Made by a program: the position numbers and the translations under genes
Notes under the pieces: model-generated
Database searches by the model: none
Seen by the model: the letters and a program-made list of their open reading frames with translations, nothing else
Told to the model about the DNA's origin: nothing
Assembly (NCBI GenBank): GCA_963755915.1
Contig: CAVWLP010000002.1
Coordinates: forward strand, 3,136,001-3,200,000
Source: an uncultured Phycisphaerales bacterium
GTDB lineage: Bacteria > Planctomycetota > Phycisphaerae > Tepidisphaerales > Tepidisphaeraceae
Reading direction: 5' to 3'
Length of the DNA: 64,000 nucleotides
Shown: positions 50,665 to 60,734 of the stretch, in pieces
How positions within the stretch are numbered: the stretch's first letter is position 1
How the letters are laid out: every line of letters begins with the position of its first letter

Positions 50665-51399
50665 CTACACGAGCGCACCTGACGCCTCATCAACGTACAC
50701 CGTGCAATCGGCATGACCCTGGAGAATGCTGGAGGGAACGGCCGGCGTCACCGGTCCCCGAAGCGAAGCCTTCACCGCGTTCGCCTTTCGCGCATCCGGC
50801 ACCGAGGCGATAATGGCCTTGCTTTTCATGATCTGAAGGCACGACATGCTGATCGCCTGCTTCGGCACATCGCCGAGCGAGCCAAACCATCCCTCGCCCA
50901 ACTGCTGCTTGCGGCATGCCTCGTCCAAATTCGCCACCAGATACGGCCGCTCGGTTTTGAAATCGGCAGGGGGGTCGTTAAACGCAAGGTGAGCGTTTTC
51001 CCCAATTCCCACCAGCGCCAGGTCAATTGGGTGATCTTTGATGATCCTCCCAAGCCGATCGCATTCGGCGCTGGCATCCGTCTCGCCGTTCACATAATAA
51101 AACGCTGCCAGCGGCAGCGGCAGCTTGCTCGCGAATCGCTCCCAGAGATATCTGCGAAAACTAGCCTTGTGGGTGATCGGCATACCGACATATTCATCCA
51201 GGTGAAAACACGTCACTGTCTGCCAGGCAATGTCCGGCTGTTTGACGAGATTCTCCAGCATCTCAAACTGCGAGGCGCCGGTCGCAACAATTACGTTCGC
51301 TCGTCCCTTTTCCTCGATCGAAACCCGGATCATTTTCGCCGCGTGCGCCGCCGCCTTCTTCCCCAGTTCCTGCTTCGTTGTGCTCTTTACGATTTTCAT
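50665..51399 (-). CDS. nagB: Glucosamine-6-phosphate deaminase/isomerase family
   Basis: VATGASQ, FHLDEYVG, GIGENAHLAFNDP, VPSSILQGH. Exact substrate not established. Confidence 0.78.
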   Translation of the reverse strand: MKIVKSTTKQELGKKAAAHAAKMIRVSIEEKGRANVIVATGASQFEMLENLVKQPDIAWQTVTCFHLDEYVGMPITHKASFRRYLWERFASKLPLPLAAFYYVNGETDASAECDRLGRIIKDHPIDLALVGIGENAHLAFNDPPADFKTERPYLVANLDEACRKQQLGEGWFGSLGDVPKQAISMSCLQIMKSKAIIASVPDARKANAVKASLRGPVTPAVPSSILQGHADCTVYVDEASGALV

Positions 51400-51424
51400 G
51401 CAATTGTCCCTATCGAAACTTAAA

Positions 51425-52733
51425 CTAAACTTGGCGAAATACCGGCTGAATCGGTGGCCCGACCAGCCGCTTTTCGACGTCGTCCTTCGCCACGGCATCG
51501 GCAAGGATCGACAACGCCTCGCGATAGGCTCCCAGTGTTTTGTCAGTGGTTGCGTCATCGTGCCCGAAATTCATCATGTGAGCGCCATGGGTGAGAATAC
51601 CCCGTCGCATCACTTCCTGCTGGAAAAGCGATCGCAGCACCATGCAAGGTCGCCCTGATTTGTCCTTGAATGAGAAGATCGTCCACTGCGGATATCCGAT
51701 CAACGCAACGCGACTTTCCAGCCCCAGTGACTGAATGATCCCGTCGCACCCATTCTTGAGCTTCTGCCCCACGCGCTCGAGATGCGTGATGACATTATTT
51801 CGGCGCATCTCGTTGATCGTAGCCCTGCAGGCCGCAAGGCTTCCTGCATCCCCACCGAACGTAAATGAGAAGAACACGGTCTCAAAAAGGCGCATTACAT
51901 CCGCCCGCCCCACAATTGCCGCCAGCGGAAATCCGTTAGCCATCGCCTTTCCAAAACATGCCAGATCTGGCGTAACTCCAAACAAGCTCTGGGCGCCCCC
52001 GAGATGTAGCCGAAATCCGGTGACGATTTCATCGAACACCAGCAGCGCGCCGTTTTCCCGGCAAAGCTGCTTGACCGCGTTCAAATAATCCTTCGCCGGC
52101 GCAACGAACGACACGGGCTCCATGATCACGCACGCGACTTTTCCGGCATACTTCTCAAATAACTTCTGCAAAGCATCGAGATCGTTATATGGAAACGGAA
52201 TGGTCAACTGGCGCACAGCCTCCGGCACGCCCAGGCTGCGCGACGTTGTTCCGATGTACCAGTCTTGCCATCCGTGGTAGCCACAGCAAAAAACGAGGTC
52301 TCGTCCCGTGAACGCGCGCCAGCCGAACCGCTCCCGACGTGGCATCTGAACCATTTTTTCCAAATCGAACCATCTCCGCGCACGGAATCAGCTCCCGCAA
52401 AAGTTCGGCGACTTCGACTTCAATCGTATGCGGGAGGCTGAAGCTCACACCCTTGCGCATCTGCTCATAAACCGCTTCGTTCACCGCTCCGTTGGCGTAG
52501 CCCAGAATGTTCGGCCCGAGACCGCTGATGTAGTCGATATAGCGATTACCGTCGACATCCCAGACACACGCCCCATCGCCATGGCTCAGAAAATTCGGAG
52601 CGATTCCCTGCACAAACATCGCTGGCGCCTTGCTGAACGTCTGAGCGCAACCCGGAATGACCGTTCGCGCTCGCGCCAGCCATCGGGATGATTCGGTAAG
52701 TTTGGGCTTGGCATCTTGAGTAGGAGTTTGCAT
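51425..52733 (-). CDS. Class III aminotransferase, glutamate-1-semialdehyde-aminomutase-like (frameshift ~52315)
   Basis: WDVDGNRYID, KNGSDAT.GAVRLARAFTGR, GYHGWQDW, FDEIVTGFR, FGKAMANGFP. Confidence 0.85.
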
Positions 52734-52757
52734 CGGGGACCTTTTCGGCGCGGTCAG

Positions 52758-52846
52758 TGATTATACATAATAATCCGCATGTTAAGGATTTTCGTCGGTC
52801 ATTTCAATCAAATTACGCGATATTGAATATTATTATATATAATAAT
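52758..52846. promoter_or_regulatory. Putative GntR-2 operators: perfect palindrome ATTATTATATATAATAAT (52829-52846) and a related site ATTATACATAATAAT (~52760-52774)
   Basis: AT-rich palindromes in the divergent region between the aminotransferase and GntR-2. Confidence 0.6.
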
Positions 52847-52912
52847 GTTGCCTTCTATAAGTAATGAGGTACGATTTTCGACCACGCGGAACGATCGAAA
52901 GCCGCAGACGCC

Positions 52913-53641
52913 ATGAAACGACAGCGCGCATCAAAACGAAGGGTTCGTTCTACCGATGTCTGTGACCGCCTCCGCGGAATGATCCGATCCGGCGAGATCG
53001 GAATGGGACAGCGTTTGAAACAGCTTCATGTCGCCCGACGTCTGGGAGCATCACAAACACCTGTGCGCGAAGCGATTCGAACATTGGAGCAGGAGGGCTG
53101 GCTCGTTAGCGAATTCGGGAAGGGCACGCGCGTTCGGCAACTTTCTCCGGACAAGATCGAGGAGATTTACGAAGTGCGCGAGTTGCTCGAGGGATTCATG
53201 GCTCGCAAGGCCGCCGGGCTCCTCAATGAAGACCAAATCGCAACGCTTCGCGAATTGGCAACGGCTGCCGACGAAGTAGAGCAGCAGGAATACGTCCCTG
53301 GAAAAACGGCCTCGAACGAGGATCTGAAGTTTCATCTGGCCCTGGCCGGGATGATTGATAACCGGCTCCTGTCTGAATTTTATCAACGGCTGTGCAACCT
53401 GGGGCTCCTGCTAGTGGCGCTAAGCACGAATGTTGCGCCGCGGGTTGTCGCAACGCCTCACGGTGATCTCGTTGATGCCATCGAAAGCCGCCAGCCTGAC
53501 TGGGCCGAGGCCGTAGCGCGACGGCTGCTCCGATTGGCCCGCGATCGGATCCGCGAAGCGCTTTCACGTGGTTTAGCGGCCTGCCGCGTTACTCCCGACG
53601 GCCGCCATGCCTCGGAGTCCAACTCGCCTCAGGAAGTCTAA
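52913..53641 (+). CDS. GntR/FCD family regulator (GntR-2)
   Basis: GASQTPVREAIRTLEQEG, EIYEVRELLE, DLKFH, HGDLVDAI. Confidence 0.9.
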   Translation: MKRQRASKRRVRSTDVCDRLRGMIRSGEIGMGQRLKQLHVARRLGASQTPVREAIRTLEQEGWLVSEFGKGTRVRQLSPDKIEEIYEVRELLEGFMARKAAGLLNEDQIATLRELATAADEVEQQEYVPGKTASNEDLKFHLALAGMIDNRLLSEFYQRLCNLGLLLVALSTNVAPRVVATPHGDLVDAIESRQPDWAEAVARRLLRLARDRIREALSRGLAACRVTPDGRHASESNSPQEV

Positions 53642-53669
53642 TTTCGGTCTCGCGCCGGCGAGAAAAAGC

Positions 53670-54866
53670 ATGTCCAACGCAACTGTGGTTATTGTCGGTG
53701 GGGGGGTAACGGGGCTTAGCACGGCCTACCACCTGGCCTTGAAAAAATTTGGGCGCATTGTGATCCTCGAGAAAGGTCCGGTCGGCGATGGGTCATCGTC
53801 GCGCGCCGCCGGAATTATCACGGGGCTGATGTGGTCCAAAACCGGAGTTCTCGCCCGAAAAATCGCACTGGATCGCTTTGCCCAGTTCTCCGAGGAACTA
53901 CCCGGTTACCGGTTCCAAAACGTCGGGTGCCTCAATTGGTTTGACGAATCCTCCTGGCCCGATCGCGCCCGACTGCTGCCGCTATACGACAGTTGCGGCG
54001 TTAAATATGAAATCCTGAATTCCGATGAAATGCGCCGCCGCTGGCCGGCGATGAATCCGCCCGAGGGATACATCGGGCTTCACGACCCGCGCGGTGGATA
54101 TAGCGAACCTGATGAATACATTCCCGCGCTCGCCAACCAATGCCGACGTCTCGGCGTCGAAATCCTTGAATCGACGCAAGCCGAGTCATTGTTAACCTCC
54201 GGCGGCAAGGTTCGTGGCGTAAAGATCCCCGGCGGCATCATTGGGAGTGATCGCGTGGTTTGCGCGAACTACGCATGGATGAACGTCACTCTCGCGACCG
54301 TCGGAATCCAGTTGCCGGTCAAATCATTCGTCCATCAGCGCTACATCACGCGCTCGCTTTCTCAGCAAGCAGACCTGCCCGCGGTGAATGCAAACCCACT
54401 GGGCGGCTATATCCGCCCAGCGATGGGAAACAGGCTTCTGACGGGAATTGAAACCGCCGAAAGAAATGATTGGAAAGTGATCGGCAATGATTTCCATCTG
54501 AATTCTCTGTCTGTTCCCTCCGAGCTTCGCGATCAATTCGCAGGTTCTTTCCAAAGATCTTTTCCCGCGCTCCGAGAAGCGAAATGGGAAAAGCAGCACG
54601 TTGGTCTAATCACCTTTTCGATGGACGGCGAGCCGATCCTGGGCGAAATTCCTGCGATCAATGGACTCTTTGTAGGCGTGGCATTTCACTCCGGCGGCGT
54701 CGCTTACAGCCCCGTGAGTGGAATGCTTCTCGCAGAACTGGTTGCCACGGGCCGGACAAAGCTGGATATTTCCATCTTTTCGCCGGGGCGGTTCTCGGAA
54801 ATCGAGACCAAGGATTACCTGGCTTCCACCGTCCCACAAAAGAGCGCTGTCCGCCGGAGGCACTGA
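53670..54866 (+). CDS. FAD-dependent amine oxidoreductase (DAO/sarcosine oxidase beta-like)
   Basis: VIVGGGVTGLSTAYHLA, GSSSRAAG, DGEPILG, FHSGG. Confidence 0.85.
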   Translation: MSNATVVIVGGGVTGLSTAYHLALKKFGRIVILEKGPVGDGSSSRAAGIITGLMWSKTGVLARKIALDRFAQFSEELPGYRFQNVGCLNWFDESSWPDRARLLPLYDSCGVKYEILNSDEMRRRWPAMNPPEGYIGLHDPRGGYSEPDEYIPALANQCRRLGVEILESTQAESLLTSGGKVRGVKIPGGIIGSDRVVCANYAWMNVTLATVGIQLPVKSFVHQRYITRSLSQQADLPAVNANPLGGYIRPAMGNRLLTGIETAERNDWKVIGNDFHLNSLSVPSELRDQFAGSFQRSFPALREAKWEKQHVGLITFSMDGEPILGEIPAINGLFVGVAFHSGGVAYSPVSGMLLAELVATGRTKLDISIFSPGRFSEIETKDYLASTVPQKSAVRRRH

Positions 54867-55696
54867 TGCGAAACAGCAACATTCTCGCCAAGATCGCTCA
54901 AAACCGTGTGGCCCTGGCAACCACTCTGCACCTCATCGACCCAAGTTTGTACGAACTGGTTGCCTTGCTCGGATTCGACGGCATCTGGATGGATATGGAG
55001 CACCACGGCTATTCGGTGGAAACCGCCGCCAACCTGATGCGGGCCGCGCGCGTCGGCAGGGGGGCCGACATCATCGCTCGTCCCGGCAAGGGCGAATTCA
55101 TGCGCATGGCGCGGATGCTCGAAGCCGGCGCCACTGGAATCATGTACCCCCGGTGCGATGGAGCCGACGAAGCAAGGGAAGTCGTCCGCTGGGCGAAATT
55201 TGCCCCCATCGGACAGCGCGGGTTCGACGGTTCAAGCCCCGATGCGCCGTATTGCACGGTGCCGATCGCGCAGTACGTCACCGAAGCGAACGCGCAGACG
55301 TTCGTTCTGATCCAGATCGAAGAGCCGAGCGCCCTTACCGAAGCCGAGGCCATCGCCGCTGTGCCGGGTGTCGACATGATCATGCTTGGCCCGGCTGATT
55401 TTTCCGTTCTGACCGGAATTCCGGGAAAGTTCGACCATCCATCAATTGAGTCGGCGATTCAATCGATTGCCCGAGCCGCCGGCAATAGCGGCAAGAATTG
55501 GGCGAGCACTTGCGGTTCGGTTCCGCACGCTCGCCGCATGATCGATTTTGGCTGCCGCCTGGTGCTTTACGGGGCGGACATCGTGATGGTGAAAAACGGT
55601 CTTGAGGAGATCCGTCGAACGTTCGCCAAAGAACTGAGCATCCAGTTTTCGGGAATGCCGGATTTGGATTGCGGCGGCAGCAAAGAAAACAAATGA
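54866..55696 (+). CDS. HpcH/HpaI family class II pyruvate aldolase
   Basis: GFDGIWMDMEH, KFAPIGQRG, IQIEE, GVDMIMLGPAD. Confidence 0.88.
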   Translation: MRNSNILAKIAQNRVALATTLHLIDPSLYELVALLGFDGIWMDMEHHGYSVETAANLMRAARVGRGADIIARPGKGEFMRMARMLEAGATGIMYPRCDGADEAREVVRWAKFAPIGQRGFDGSSPDAPYCTVPIAQYVTEANAQTFVLIQIEEPSALTEAEAIAAVPGVDMIMLGPADFSVLTGIPGKFDHPSIESAIQSIARAAGNSGKNWASTCGSVPHARRMIDFGCRLVLYGADIVMVKNGLEEIRRTFAKELSIQFSGMPDLDCGGSKENK

Positions 55697-55706
55697 GGCA
55701 TCGCGC

Positions 55707-56498
55707 GTGACGGTTCAAAAGCTATTCACTCTCGAAGGAAAGGTTTGCCTGGTGACTGGCGCAACCGGCCATCTCGGTTCGGCGATGGTGGAGGCCCTTG
55801 CCGAAGCCGGCGCCAGCGTTGTCGCCGCAAGCCGCAAACTTGACGCCGCCGAACGCGTGGCCGCAAATCTCCCCAAACAACATGATTCCCAGCGCCACCA
55901 CGGCCTGGAACTCGATCAGTTGAGCGGAGAAGCATCGATCAAACGCGCCTTCGACCGCACCATCGAAAAAGCAGGGCATATCGATGTTCTGGTCAACAAT
56001 GCCCACGAAGCAATCGCCGCCGATCTCACCGAAGTGAGCGGCGAACAATTCAACCGTCAGCTCGAGAACGCCACCGGCTATTTTCTTCTGGCGCGCCATC
56101 TGCACGACCACGCGGTGGGGCGCCGCACGCCCGCCAGCATCATTTTCCTCGGTTCAATGTATGGCCTGGTCGCGTCTTATCCCGACGCCTACCGGGAGAT
56201 TAGCTCGGCGAATCCGGTTGCATACCAGGCGCTCAAGGGCGGGGTGATTCAAATGGCGCGCCATCTGGCTGTCTATTGGGCAAAAGATGACGTGCGAGTA
56301 AACGCGCTCAGCCCGGGCCCGTTTCCTTCGCCCAAGGCTGATAAGAGACTGATCGCTCGCCTGAAGAAAAAGACTCCGATGAACCGTATCGGTACTCCCG
56401 AAGAGCTCAAGGGAGCTATTGTTTTTTTGGCCAGCGACGCTTCAAGTTTCGTGACCGGCCACAACCTTGTTGTGGATGGAGGCTGGACCGCCTGGTAA
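55707..56498 (+). CDS. Short-chain dehydrogenase/reductase
   Basis: TGATGHLG, LVNNA, YQALKGG, VRVNALSPG, VTGHNLVVDGG. Confidence 0.9.
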   Translation: MTVQKLFTLEGKVCLVTGATGHLGSAMVEALAEAGASVVAASRKLDAAERVAANLPKQHDSQRHHGLELDQLSGEASIKRAFDRTIEKAGHIDVLVNNAHEAIAADLTEVSGEQFNRQLENATGYFLLARHLHDHAVGRRTPASIIFLGSMYGLVASYPDAYREISSANPVAYQALKGGVIQMARHLAVYWAKDDVRVNALSPGPFPSPKADKRLIARLKKKTPMNRIGTPEELKGAIVFLASDASSFVTGHNLVVDGGWTAW

Positions 56499-56516
56499 TC
56501 GTGAGGTAGGCGTTCC

Positions 56517-57613
56517 GTGAGACCTGTGCATGACATTCCGCAAACACCTGCGCTTGTGATCGACGAGCCTACCGTCGCTCGCAATCTGTCCCGCCTGGCC
56601 GACTACGCGAAGCGGCATGGCATCTACATCCGGCCTCATACAAAAACGCACAAGTCGCTCGAAATGGCCCATCGTCAGATAGCGGCGGGGGCCCGCGGGC
56701 TGACAGCCGCCAAGGTCGGTGAGGCCGAGGCCATGGTGCTGGCGTCCGATGATATTCTCCTGGCCTATCCCGCGGTCGACGCATCGCGCCGCCAGCGCTT
56801 AGCCACTCTGGCCACCGCCCACAACATTCGCGTCGCCGTCGATTCCCAATTCGCACTGGAAGTGCTCTCCAGCGCCGCGAGCAGCGCAAACGCTGTCATT
56901 GGCATCCTGGTTGATCTGGACGTTGGCATGCACCGCACCGGCGTGCAGTCTCCCAAGGCTGCGCTGGAATTGGCGCAAGCGGTCGCGCAGACCCCGTCCC
57001 TGCGGCTCGACGGGTTGTTTTATTATCCCGGGCATGTCTGGCAGCCATCTGGCGAACAAATGAAACCGCTCAACTCCATTGCCGAACTTTTGCAGGAGAC
57101 GCTTTCCCTCTGGTCCCACAGCGGATTATCCGCCTCAATCGTCTCGGGCGGCTCAACTCCCACTGCGTATCAATCCCACCTCATTCCGCGGACCACCGAG
57201 ATTCGCCCCGGAACCTACATCTACAATGACATGAACACGGTAGGGGGCGGCTACTGCTCGCTCGAAGATTGCGCCGCAAAACTCGTTTGCACCGTCGTGA
57301 GCAATGCCGTCCCCGGCAAAGTGGTGGTCGATGCCGGATCCAAAACCCTAACCAGCGACCGAAACATCACCCAACCCGAAAGCGGCCACGGTCACGTCGT
57401 CGAATACCCTCGGGCCAGGATTGCGCGCCTCAGCGAAGAGCATGGCGAGCTTGATATCACCGCCTGCGATCGCGCGCGAAAATCGGCGAGCGCGTTCAAA
57501 TCATCCCGAACCATATTTGTCCGTCTGTGAACCTCCAGGACTTCGCGTGGCTGCGAGGCGCCGACGGCTCATTGCGCCCGATCAACATCGACACCCGAGG
57601 AAAGCTCTCATGA
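56517..57613 (+). CDS. Fold-type III PLP enzyme, D-threonine aldolase/D-serine dehydratase (DSD1) family (frameshift ~57477)
   Basis: RPHTKTHK PLP lysine, HRTGV, GGSTP, EIRPGTYIYND, DAGSK, SEEHG. The C-terminus IIPNHICPSVNL...GKLS* is in the adjacent frame. Confidence 0.85.
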
Positions 57614-58965
57614 CGCTGGCCGCGAATTCCCTTATCCGCAATCACGAACGCTCCACCCAGGTGCTTCAGCGGAACAGTCAATTTATTCCCGGCGGCCTCG
57701 CGTCGATCAACCGCAAGGCGGATCCGTGCATCGCCTTCGCTCGTGCCCAGGGATCGCGAATGTGGGATGTCGATGGGAATGAGTATATCGACTATCACGC
57801 GGGCTTCGCCCCGTACATCCTCGGTCACAACGACCCGGATCAGCTCGAAGCCGTTGCCGCCGCCCTCCGCTCCGGCCGCTCCAACTACGGCTCCGGGCCC
57901 ACCGAAGACGAAGGCGATCTGGCGCGACTGTTCCTCTCGGCTCTTCCGATGGCCGAAAAGGTGCAGTTCTTCAACACGGGTTCCGAAGCCACCGCGCAGG
58001 CGATTCGCGTCGCCCGCGCCTTCACCGGCCGCGAGCACGTCATTCGAATGCAGGGGGGATACAACGGCAACCAGAATGTCGTCGCCGCCAATCTCATGAC
58101 AAGCGCCGCTGACCTCGGTGGAAAGGAAATCATCGGCGACGAATATCCCGTCGTGCCCATCAGCGCCGGGATTCCACAGTCCGAGTTGCGCCTCCTTCAT
58201 CCTGTCCCATTCAACGACCTTGCGGCCGTCGAGACGATCGCCAAGCGCTATCCGATCGCTGCGCTGATCACCGAGCCGGCACTTCAGAACATCGGAGTTG
58301 TCAAACCCGAGCCGGGCTATCTCGAAGGTCTGCGTCGCCTTGCCGACCAATATGGCCTGGTGCTGATCTTCGATGAAGTAAAGACAGGGTTTCGCGCGAG
58401 CTTGGGGGGATACCAGCAATTGAGCGGGGTCGCGCCCGATCTTTCCACATTCGGCAAGGCATTCGCAAACGGATTTCCGATTGCGGCCCTGGCGGGCAAG
58501 CGGCAATACTTGGATCTGGTGATAGATCCGGATCCCAAGCGCCGCGTCCTCATCGCCGGTACCTATAACTGCCATCCAATTCCGGTCGCAGCCGCCATCG
58601 CCTGCCTGAATAAGCTCAAGGACCCAAGTCGCGACGTTTACGGCCATCTCGAAAAGTTGGCGAGTAAACTTGAGGAAGGACAGCGCCGCCTGTTTGCCGA
58701 TTTTCGAATCGTTGCCACGATCAGCCGTATTGGCAGCGCGCATTGCGTCTATTTTATGGATCACGCTCCCAGGGATTGGTGGGACCTGCTTCAGGGTCAC
58801 GACTCCGCATTTGATCTGCGCTATCGACGGGCGCTAATCGATCGCGGCATCTACAATTTCCCCGTTGCGGCGAAGCAGGGCAGCATCAGTTTCGCGCACT
58901 CTGAGTCCGATATCGACCAGACGCTCGACGCCCTTGCTTCGGTACTGAAATCATTCAAGGCCTGA
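57610..58965 (+). CDS. Second class III aminotransferase (GSA-aminomutase-like)
   Basis: WDVDGNEYIDY, NTGSEAT..AIRVARAFTGR, FDEVKTGFR, FGKAFANGFP, AGTYNCHP. Has GGYNG instead of the usual GxYHG. Confidence 0.85.
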   Translation: MTLAANSLIRNHERSTQVLQRNSQFIPGGLASINRKADPCIAFARAQGSRMWDVDGNEYIDYHAGFAPYILGHNDPDQLEAVAAALRSGRSNYGSGPTEDEGDLARLFLSALPMAEKVQFFNTGSEATAQAIRVARAFTGREHVIRMQGGYNGNQNVVAANLMTSAADLGGKEIIGDEYPVVPISAGIPQSELRLLHPVPFNDLAAVETIAKRYPIAALITEPALQNIGVVKPEPGYLEGLRRLADQYGLVLIFDEVKTGFRASLGGYQQLSGVAPDLSTFGKAFANGFPIAALAGKRQYLDLVIDPDPKRRVLIAGTYNCHPIPVAAAIACLNKLKDPSRDVYGHLEKLASKLEEGQRRLFADFRIVATISRIGSAHCVYFMDHAPRDWWDLLQGHDSAFDLRYRRALIDRGIYNFPVAAKQGSISFAHSESDIDQTLDALASVLKSFKA

Positions 58966-58984
58966 CCTCATTCGGTGTTGAAAC

Positions 58985-59857
58985 ATGAAACTCATTCGAT
59001 TCGGTCTCTTTCGTAAGGAAAAACCGGGGGTCGAGATCGGCCCTGGCGTTCGAAAGGACTGCTCGCAGTATTTCTCGGATTGGAACTCGGAATTTTTCGC
59101 GGGTAACGGCTTGGTACATCTGGCCGACCTGCTTAAAACGAAGATGAATTCTCTCCCGGATGTTCCCGCAGGCATTCGCCTCGGCGCGCCGATCGCACGT
59201 CCCGGCAAGGTCCTCTGCATCGGGCTGAATTATTCCGACCATGCTCGCGAGTCCGGCCAGCCGGTGCCGAAGGAACCCATTGTTTTTATGAAAGCCGCTA
59301 ATTGTGTCGTCGGCCCATTCGACGACATCGTGATCCCGCGAAATTCCAGGAAAACCGATTGGGAAGTTGAGTTGGCGCTGGTCATCGGCTCCGAGGCCCG
59401 CTATCTCGGCTCGCCGAAGGATGCGGTCAATCACATCGCCGGGTATTGCGTCTCGAACGACGTTTCCGAGCGAGAATTCCAGCTCGAGCGCGGCGGTCAA
59501 TGGACAAAGGGGAAAAGCTGCGACTCGTTCAATCCTCTGGGTCCCTGGCTCGTGACAGCCGATGAAATTCCCAACGCCGGTAACCTGAGCATGACTCTGG
59601 ACGTTAACGGCCGGCGCATGCAGTCCGGCAACACGAGCACCATGGTCTTCAACTGCGGTTTCCTGGTTCATTACCTCTCGCAGTTTATGACACTCGAGCC
59701 CGGCGACCTGGTTTCCACCGGTACCCCGCCCGGCGTGGGACTGGGGATGAAGCCGCCGCAATACCTCAAAGCCGGCGACACTGTTGAACTTTCCATCGAT
59801 GGTCTCGGCCACCAAAAGCAATTGTGCCGCGACGAAAAACCGGCGGTATCCTCATGA
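58985..59857 (+). CDS. Fumarylacetoacetate hydrolase family protein
   Basis: CIGLNYSDH, DWEVEL, NDVSER, GKSCD, TGTPPGVG. Confidence 0.92.
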   Translation: MKLIRFGLFRKEKPGVEIGPGVRKDCSQYFSDWNSEFFAGNGLVHLADLLKTKMNSLPDVPAGIRLGAPIARPGKVLCIGLNYSDHARESGQPVPKEPIVFMKAANCVVGPFDDIVIPRNSRKTDWEVELALVIGSEARYLGSPKDAVNHIAGYCVSNDVSEREFQLERGGQWTKGKSCDSFNPLGPWLVTADEIPNAGNLSMTLDVNGRRMQSGNTSTMVFNCGFLVHYLSQFMTLEPGDLVSTGTPPGVGLGMKPPQYLKAGDTVELSIDGLGHQKQLCRDEKPAVSS

Positions 59858-60714
59858 TCGTCGATGTCCATTCTCACGCCTGGGCGTTTCCCGATCACTT
59901 TAGCGACGATTTCCGCCGCCAGGCAAGCCGCGCCAAAAGCGGCGGGGAAGTCGACCTCACCGTCCGTTACGACCAATATCGCGCCCAGGCTACCCCCGAC
60001 ACCATCACCGTTGTCTTCGGCGGCAAAGCCAGGCTCAGCGGACTTTGGGTTGATGATCAATACGTCGCAGACTATGTGGCGAAAAATCCCAAGACGCTGA
60101 TCGGATTCCTTTCACTTGATCCCACGCAAAAAAGCTGGCAAAAAGAAATGCGAGCGGGGCACACCGAGCTGGGATTGCGCGGGATTAAGCTGATGCCGAT
60201 GTACGCCGGCTTCAAGCCGCACGATCGCCATCTCGATCCGCTTTGGCGCTACGCTACGAAACACGCTCTTCCCGTGCTGCTCCACACCGGCACCACGTTT
60301 GTCAGCCAGGCGCCGATTAAATTCACCCTCCCGCGCCACCTCGATACCGTCGCGATTCGTTTTCCCGATGTGAAGATTATCATGGCCCACCTGGGCCATC
60401 CCTACGAAGGGGAATGCATCGCGGTCGCTCGAAAGCACCCCAACGTTTACGCCGACATCAGCGCTCTCCACTATCGTCCTTTCCAGTTCTATCACAGCCT
60501 GATGCTCGCGCAAGAATACGGCATCTGGGACAAGCTCCTATTCGGAACCGACTACCCGTTTACCACTGTCAATGCCACGATTGCCGGTCTTCGCTCGCTC
60601 AATCGCATGACCGAGGGTACGGGTTTGCCGCGACTGGAGGAATCGCGCATCGAAACGCTGATTCATCGCGATACGCGCACGATACTTGGTTTGGATCCGG
60701 AAAAGTCAAAATAG
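59854..60714 (+). CDS. Amidohydrolase_2 family metal-dependent hydrolase
   Basis: IVDVHSH, RGIKL, LLHTG, MAHLGHP, NVYADIS, FGTDYPF. Confidence 0.88.
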   Translation: MIVDVHSHAWAFPDHFSDDFRRQASRAKSGGEVDLTVRYDQYRAQATPDTITVVFGGKARLSGLWVDDQYVADYVAKNPKTLIGFLSLDPTQKSWQKEMRAGHTELGLRGIKLMPMYAGFKPHDRHLDPLWRYATKHALPVLLHTGTTFVSQAPIKFTLPRHLDTVAIRFPDVKIIMAHLGHPYEGECIAVARKHPNVYADISALHYRPFQFYHSLMLAQEYGIWDKLLFGTDYPFTTVNATIAGLRSLNRMTEGTGLPRLEESRIETLIHRDTRTILGLDPEKSK

Positions 60715-60734
60715 AACGCGCGAGAAATTGTTTA

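Noticed and set aside
35750-58800. Long antisense ORFs such as 35750-36961 (403 aa), 38003-38824, 42499-43308 and 57496-58800 (434 aa)
   Set aside because: They lie opposite clearly recognisable genes; expected in high-GC DNA and lacking family motifs.
51425-58965. Assigning hemL to either aminotransferase
   Set aside because: Catabolic context, no other hem genes and deviating motifs.
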